Assembly (NCBI GenBank): GCA_050253335.1
Contig: JBFWJG010000047.1
Span: 1 to 17,183, forward strand
DNA: 17,183 nt
From: Deferribacterales bacterium
Lineage (GTDB): Bacteria; Chrysiogenota; Deferribacteres; Deferribacterales; Geovibrionaceae
Reading direction: 5' to 3'
Program-made: the position numbers and the translations under genes
Shown: in pieces, positions 15,301 through 17,183 of the stretch
Layout: each line of letters opens with the position of its first letter
How positions within the stretch are numbered: the stretch's first letter is position 1
The notes under the pieces: generated by a model
Database searches by the model: none
Told to the model about the DNA's origin: nothing
What the model saw: only the letters and a program-made list of their open reading frames with translations

Positions 15301-16776
15301 GAAATTTCTGCCGGCTCAGTCAGTATAGGCGAAAATGCGGTGATAGCAGGAAGCGGAACAGTTAATAATACCATTAGTCTCTCCGGCAGACTTTCTCCCG
15401 GAAATTCAATCGGCGTTATCAATATGAACAGTGTGGTTTTTCAGGCTGATTCTGTTTATGAGGTCGAAATAAGTCCTGACGGAGCAAACGACCTTGCAGT
15501 AATTGCAGGAAATGCCGATCTCTCCGGCGGAAGTGTTTCTGTTTTGGCTGAAAGCGGCAACTGGGGCAACTTTGCCTCATATACAATATTGGAAGCAGGG
15601 AGCTTAACAGGTGAATTTCAGAATATTTCAAGCAATCTCGCATTTCTTGACCCTTTTCTGAAATATGAGAATAATTCGGTTATCCTTGATGTTTACAGAA
15701 ATAATGCAAGCTTCGAATCTGTAACCAGAACATATAACCAGAAAATGATTTCCGGCGCGCTGGCAGGCTTCGGCACAGACAGCGGTCTATACAGAGAAAT
15801 TTTGGGAATGAGTGCGTCCTCAGCCCGCAGTGCTTTTGACAGCATGAACGGGGAGATACACGCAACCGCTGTCTCTGCTGCCCTGAATAACAGCAGACTG
15901 ATCAGAGACTCGCTGACTGCTCATCTTATTGAAAGGTCAGCTTTAAGAATAACTGCGGAGAACAGCGCCTGGGTGAAGCTTTTCGGCTTTACAACAGATA
16001 CAGACTCTGACGGCAATGCTGCAAAATATAATGCAGACGGGCAGATTCTGATTGGCGGTGTGGATTTTCAGCCTGCGTCTTCAGGACGTTTCGGTATAAC
16101 TTTGGGCTTTGAATCCGGAGATGTTGAGGTTAATGACGGGCGTAATTCCGATGCGGATATTAAAACAATCCATTTCGGTGCTTACGGCTCATACAATGCT
16201 GGTTTTGCGGAGTTCAGGGCAGGCGGGCTTATGGGCTTTGCAGATGTGGAAACTGAACGTACAGCAGAAGCCGGAGGGTTCAGAGAAACCCTGAACGGGG
16301 ACTACAAAGCAAGAATATTCCAGACATTTGCCGAGGCGGGTAAAAGAATAAGCTTAGGCAGAGGATACATTATGCCTTTTATCAGCGCCGCTCATGTATA
16401 TATGGAGGCTGATTCCTTTACTGAGGACGGGGGCGACATGGCACTGGAGGTAAGTGACTACAGCGGCAATTTACTTACTGCATCTTTCGGTCTCAGAGGC
16501 AATGTCAGCTTTACCGATATTTTCGGTCTGGGTGCATATGCCGCTTATCAGCATATTGCCGAAGGCTATGAGCCGGAAAGAAAAAGCCGTTTTGTATCAG
16601 GAGGAAGCGGATTCGATACAAAGGGTCTTCCTTTGGATAGGAACAGCTTTATCATTGGTACAGATATAAACTGTAGTATCACCGAGGCGGTTAATCTGAG
16701 TGTAGGATACGGCGGAAGCTTCGGTGATTATATTACGGAGCATCACGGTAAGGCATCAATCAGTGTTGCGTTCTGA
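12400..16776 (+). CDS. Type Va autotransporter with a polymorphic-membrane-protein-like (GGA[IVL]/FxxN) beta-helical passenger
   Basis: Long signal peptide ending ..SSSASA; more than 25 ~26-aa repeats of the form 'GGAVYS..V.FG..A.L..N.A'; PATR-like 'VVKTGSGVWKLGGVNDFGGGSLQIAEGTL'; 'LSPGNSIG'; linker 'AFDSMNGEIHA'; C-terminal beta-barrel ending in Phe. Confidence 0.92.
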   Translation: MLFVNICIKRFFLSLPISCFRVLSILIFIVFLSSSASALDIAENDEILLSNNPGILLSDLNFTSPVSSLQPGRFVIDTSDTMSGLFSGAADTHAVFRIEEGVTFSVLNRLSSAFNTSGQISFTGAGEVNFSGNTENIFGGAVYAEGDISFSSSAVFSNNFALTGSGGALFSNNGSVYLADGTRFSGNSTANLGGGIFAAQNIEFGDSAVVENNSGGEGGALAAVGSVIFGDDAELRGNIATFGQGGAVVSGMGDIIFGDGAIVSYNTADQAGGALWSGNDIVFGDNASLTGNTSTARSGGALNAYNGVEFGNDAVIMNNTAGRGAGGVYSGIGGVTFGNNAALIGNTAQSGHGGAVSSGATASFGDNALLSGNTATGVGGAVSATDVIFGEDAEITNNSAVVSGAIYSSTSAVFGNGVKLSENTSTNGHGGAVYSDGTVSFGDNAELSGNSAYLYGGAVYSMGAVTFGNGAKIFDNTAAYGGALLIYNGAVFGDNTEFKDNTADYTAGAVYAVMGDLEFGDGAVIIDNTAGGAGALYTSAGSITFGNNAVLTGNEAESGDGGAVLSGMIASFGDNALLSDNTAFNYGGAVWAGDVIFGEDAEITNNTAYTTGAVYAYASAVFGNGVKLSENVSTGGHGGAVYSEGMVSFSDDAELSGNSAYLYGGAVYSMDAVTFGNGAKIFDNTAAYGGALLTYNGAVFGDNTEFKDNTADYTAGAVYVVSGDLEFGDGAVIMNNTAGAAGALYASAGNITFGDNASLSGNEAENGNGGAVLSGMTASFGDNALLSGNTAFGSGGAVYSGGAVSFGTEAKLSDNTAAHGGAVYSAAGDVVFGNNTSLTDNTASVSGGAVYAGGNVTFNAEGDGVTLISGNLAGGEANSIFFAADGSILTVNTEDESVVDMRDSVSVTDSASVNVVKTGSGVWKLGGVNDFGGGSLQIAEGTLYLYRENEVSNGYDSLGGEKGVAFGEISAGSVSIGENAVIAGSGTVNNTISLSGRLSPGNSIGVINMNSVVFQADSVYEVEISPDGANDLAVIAGNADLSGGSVSVLAESGNWGNFASYTILEAGSLTGEFQNISSNLAFLDPFLKYENNSVILDVYRNNASFESVTRTYNQKMISGALAGFGTDSGLYREILGMSASSARSAFDSMNGEIHATAVSAALNNSRLIRDSLTAHLIERSALRITAENSAWVKLFGFTTDTDSDGNAAKYNADGQILIGGVDFQPASSGRFGITLGFESGDVEVNDGRNSDADIKTIHFGAYGSYNAGFAEFRAGGLMGFADVETERTAEAGGFRETLNGDYKARIFQTFAEAGKRISLGRGYIMPFISAAHVYMEADSFTEDGGDMALEVSDYSGNLLTASFGLRGNVSFTDIFGLGAYAAYQHIAEGYEPERKSRFVSGGSGFDTKGLPLDRNSFIIGTDINCSITEAVNLSVGYGGSFGDYITEHHGKASISVAF
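13456..14800 (+). repeat. Intragenic 624-bp (208-aa) tandem duplication, slightly over two copies
   Basis: Anchors are exactly 624 bp apart: GATGTTATTTTCGGCGAG at 13555/14179, AGCGGTAACAGTGCTTAT at 13741/14365, and GGxGGxGCTGTT..TCATTCGG at 13456/14080/14704. Boundaries are approximate. Confidence 0.9.
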
Positions 16777-16801
16777 TGCTGTTGTGATATTTTAGCATAC
16801 C

Positions 16802-16834
16802 AGCCCCGATTCCTGAAAAAGGTCGGGGCTTTTT
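16802..16834 (+). terminator. Rho-independent terminator of the autotransporter gene
   Basis: AGCCCCGA (16802-16809) pairs with TCGGGGCT (16823-16830), followed by TTTT. Confidence 0.8.
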
Positions 16835-16877
16835 GCCGAGGTTCCGGTATACGGTTCTTCCCAGTGAGAAACTTCAG

Positions 16878-16908
16878 GGTTATTCGGGGCTTTGACGGAG
16901 AATCTCAA
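16878..16908. repeat. Degenerate left half of the GTCATTCTGA palindrome family
   Basis: GGTTATTCGGGGCTTTGACGGAGAATCTC resembles GGTCATTCTGAGGCTTTAGCCGAAGAATCTC (5795-5825). AGAATCTCAA (16899-16908) is the exact reverse complement of TTGAGATTCT (12095-12104). Confidence 0.55.
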
Positions 16909-16910
16909 GC

Positions 16911-17183
16911 CAAACAAAACGGCGGCATGAGAATGTTTGGTTAATGATCAGGGAATCCTCCCCGCCCCTCCTTTGAGAAAGGAGGGAGTTTGTCTCTTAC
17001 CGGCAATAACATCCCTCTTTGTAGAGGGGGGCAGAGGGGGATTGAATATCCTCCCAAACGAAACGTCGGCATGAGAATGTTTGGTTAATGATCAGGGAAT
17101 CCTCCCCGCCCCTCCTTTGGAAAAGGAGGGAGATTGTCTCTTACCGGCAATAACATCCCCCTTTGTAAAGGGGGACTGAGGGG
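16911..17183. repeat. Second array of the same ~144-bp REP-doublet unit, same orientation, running off the window end
   Basis: CGGCATGAGAATGTTTGGTTAATGATCAGG at 16923 and 17067 (period 144). Hairpin B at 16954 and 17098; hairpin A at 17012 and 17156. Nearly identical to the 11715-12073 units. Confidence 0.93.

Overview
Bacterial chromosomal window, about 45-50% GC by eye. Gene content and repeat style suggest an anaerobe such as a Deferribacterota- or Desulfobacterota-like organism; this is inference only. From left to right it holds: the 3' end of an unknown CDS; a hairpin-rich intergenic element with GGA loops; a DUF502-aroE-pilB-pilT-pilC operon (type IV pilus motor and platform); a palindromic element; a convergent stand-alone TolC-family gene; an operon of LOG-family protein, PHP hydrolase, membrane-anchored hypothetical protein and iorA-iorB; and a 1458-aa Pmp-like (GGA[IV]/FxxN repeat) autotransporter with its own promoter and terminator. 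The most unusual feature is the non-coding architecture around the autotransporter. A ~143-bp tandem array of inverted REP-like hairpins stops at 12073 and resumes almost exactly in register at 16911. The ~4.8-kb segment in between is bracketed by inverted halves of a second palindrome family and carries a diverged copy of the iorB 3' end. No transposase, integrase, CRISPR array, tRNA or rRNA was recognised.
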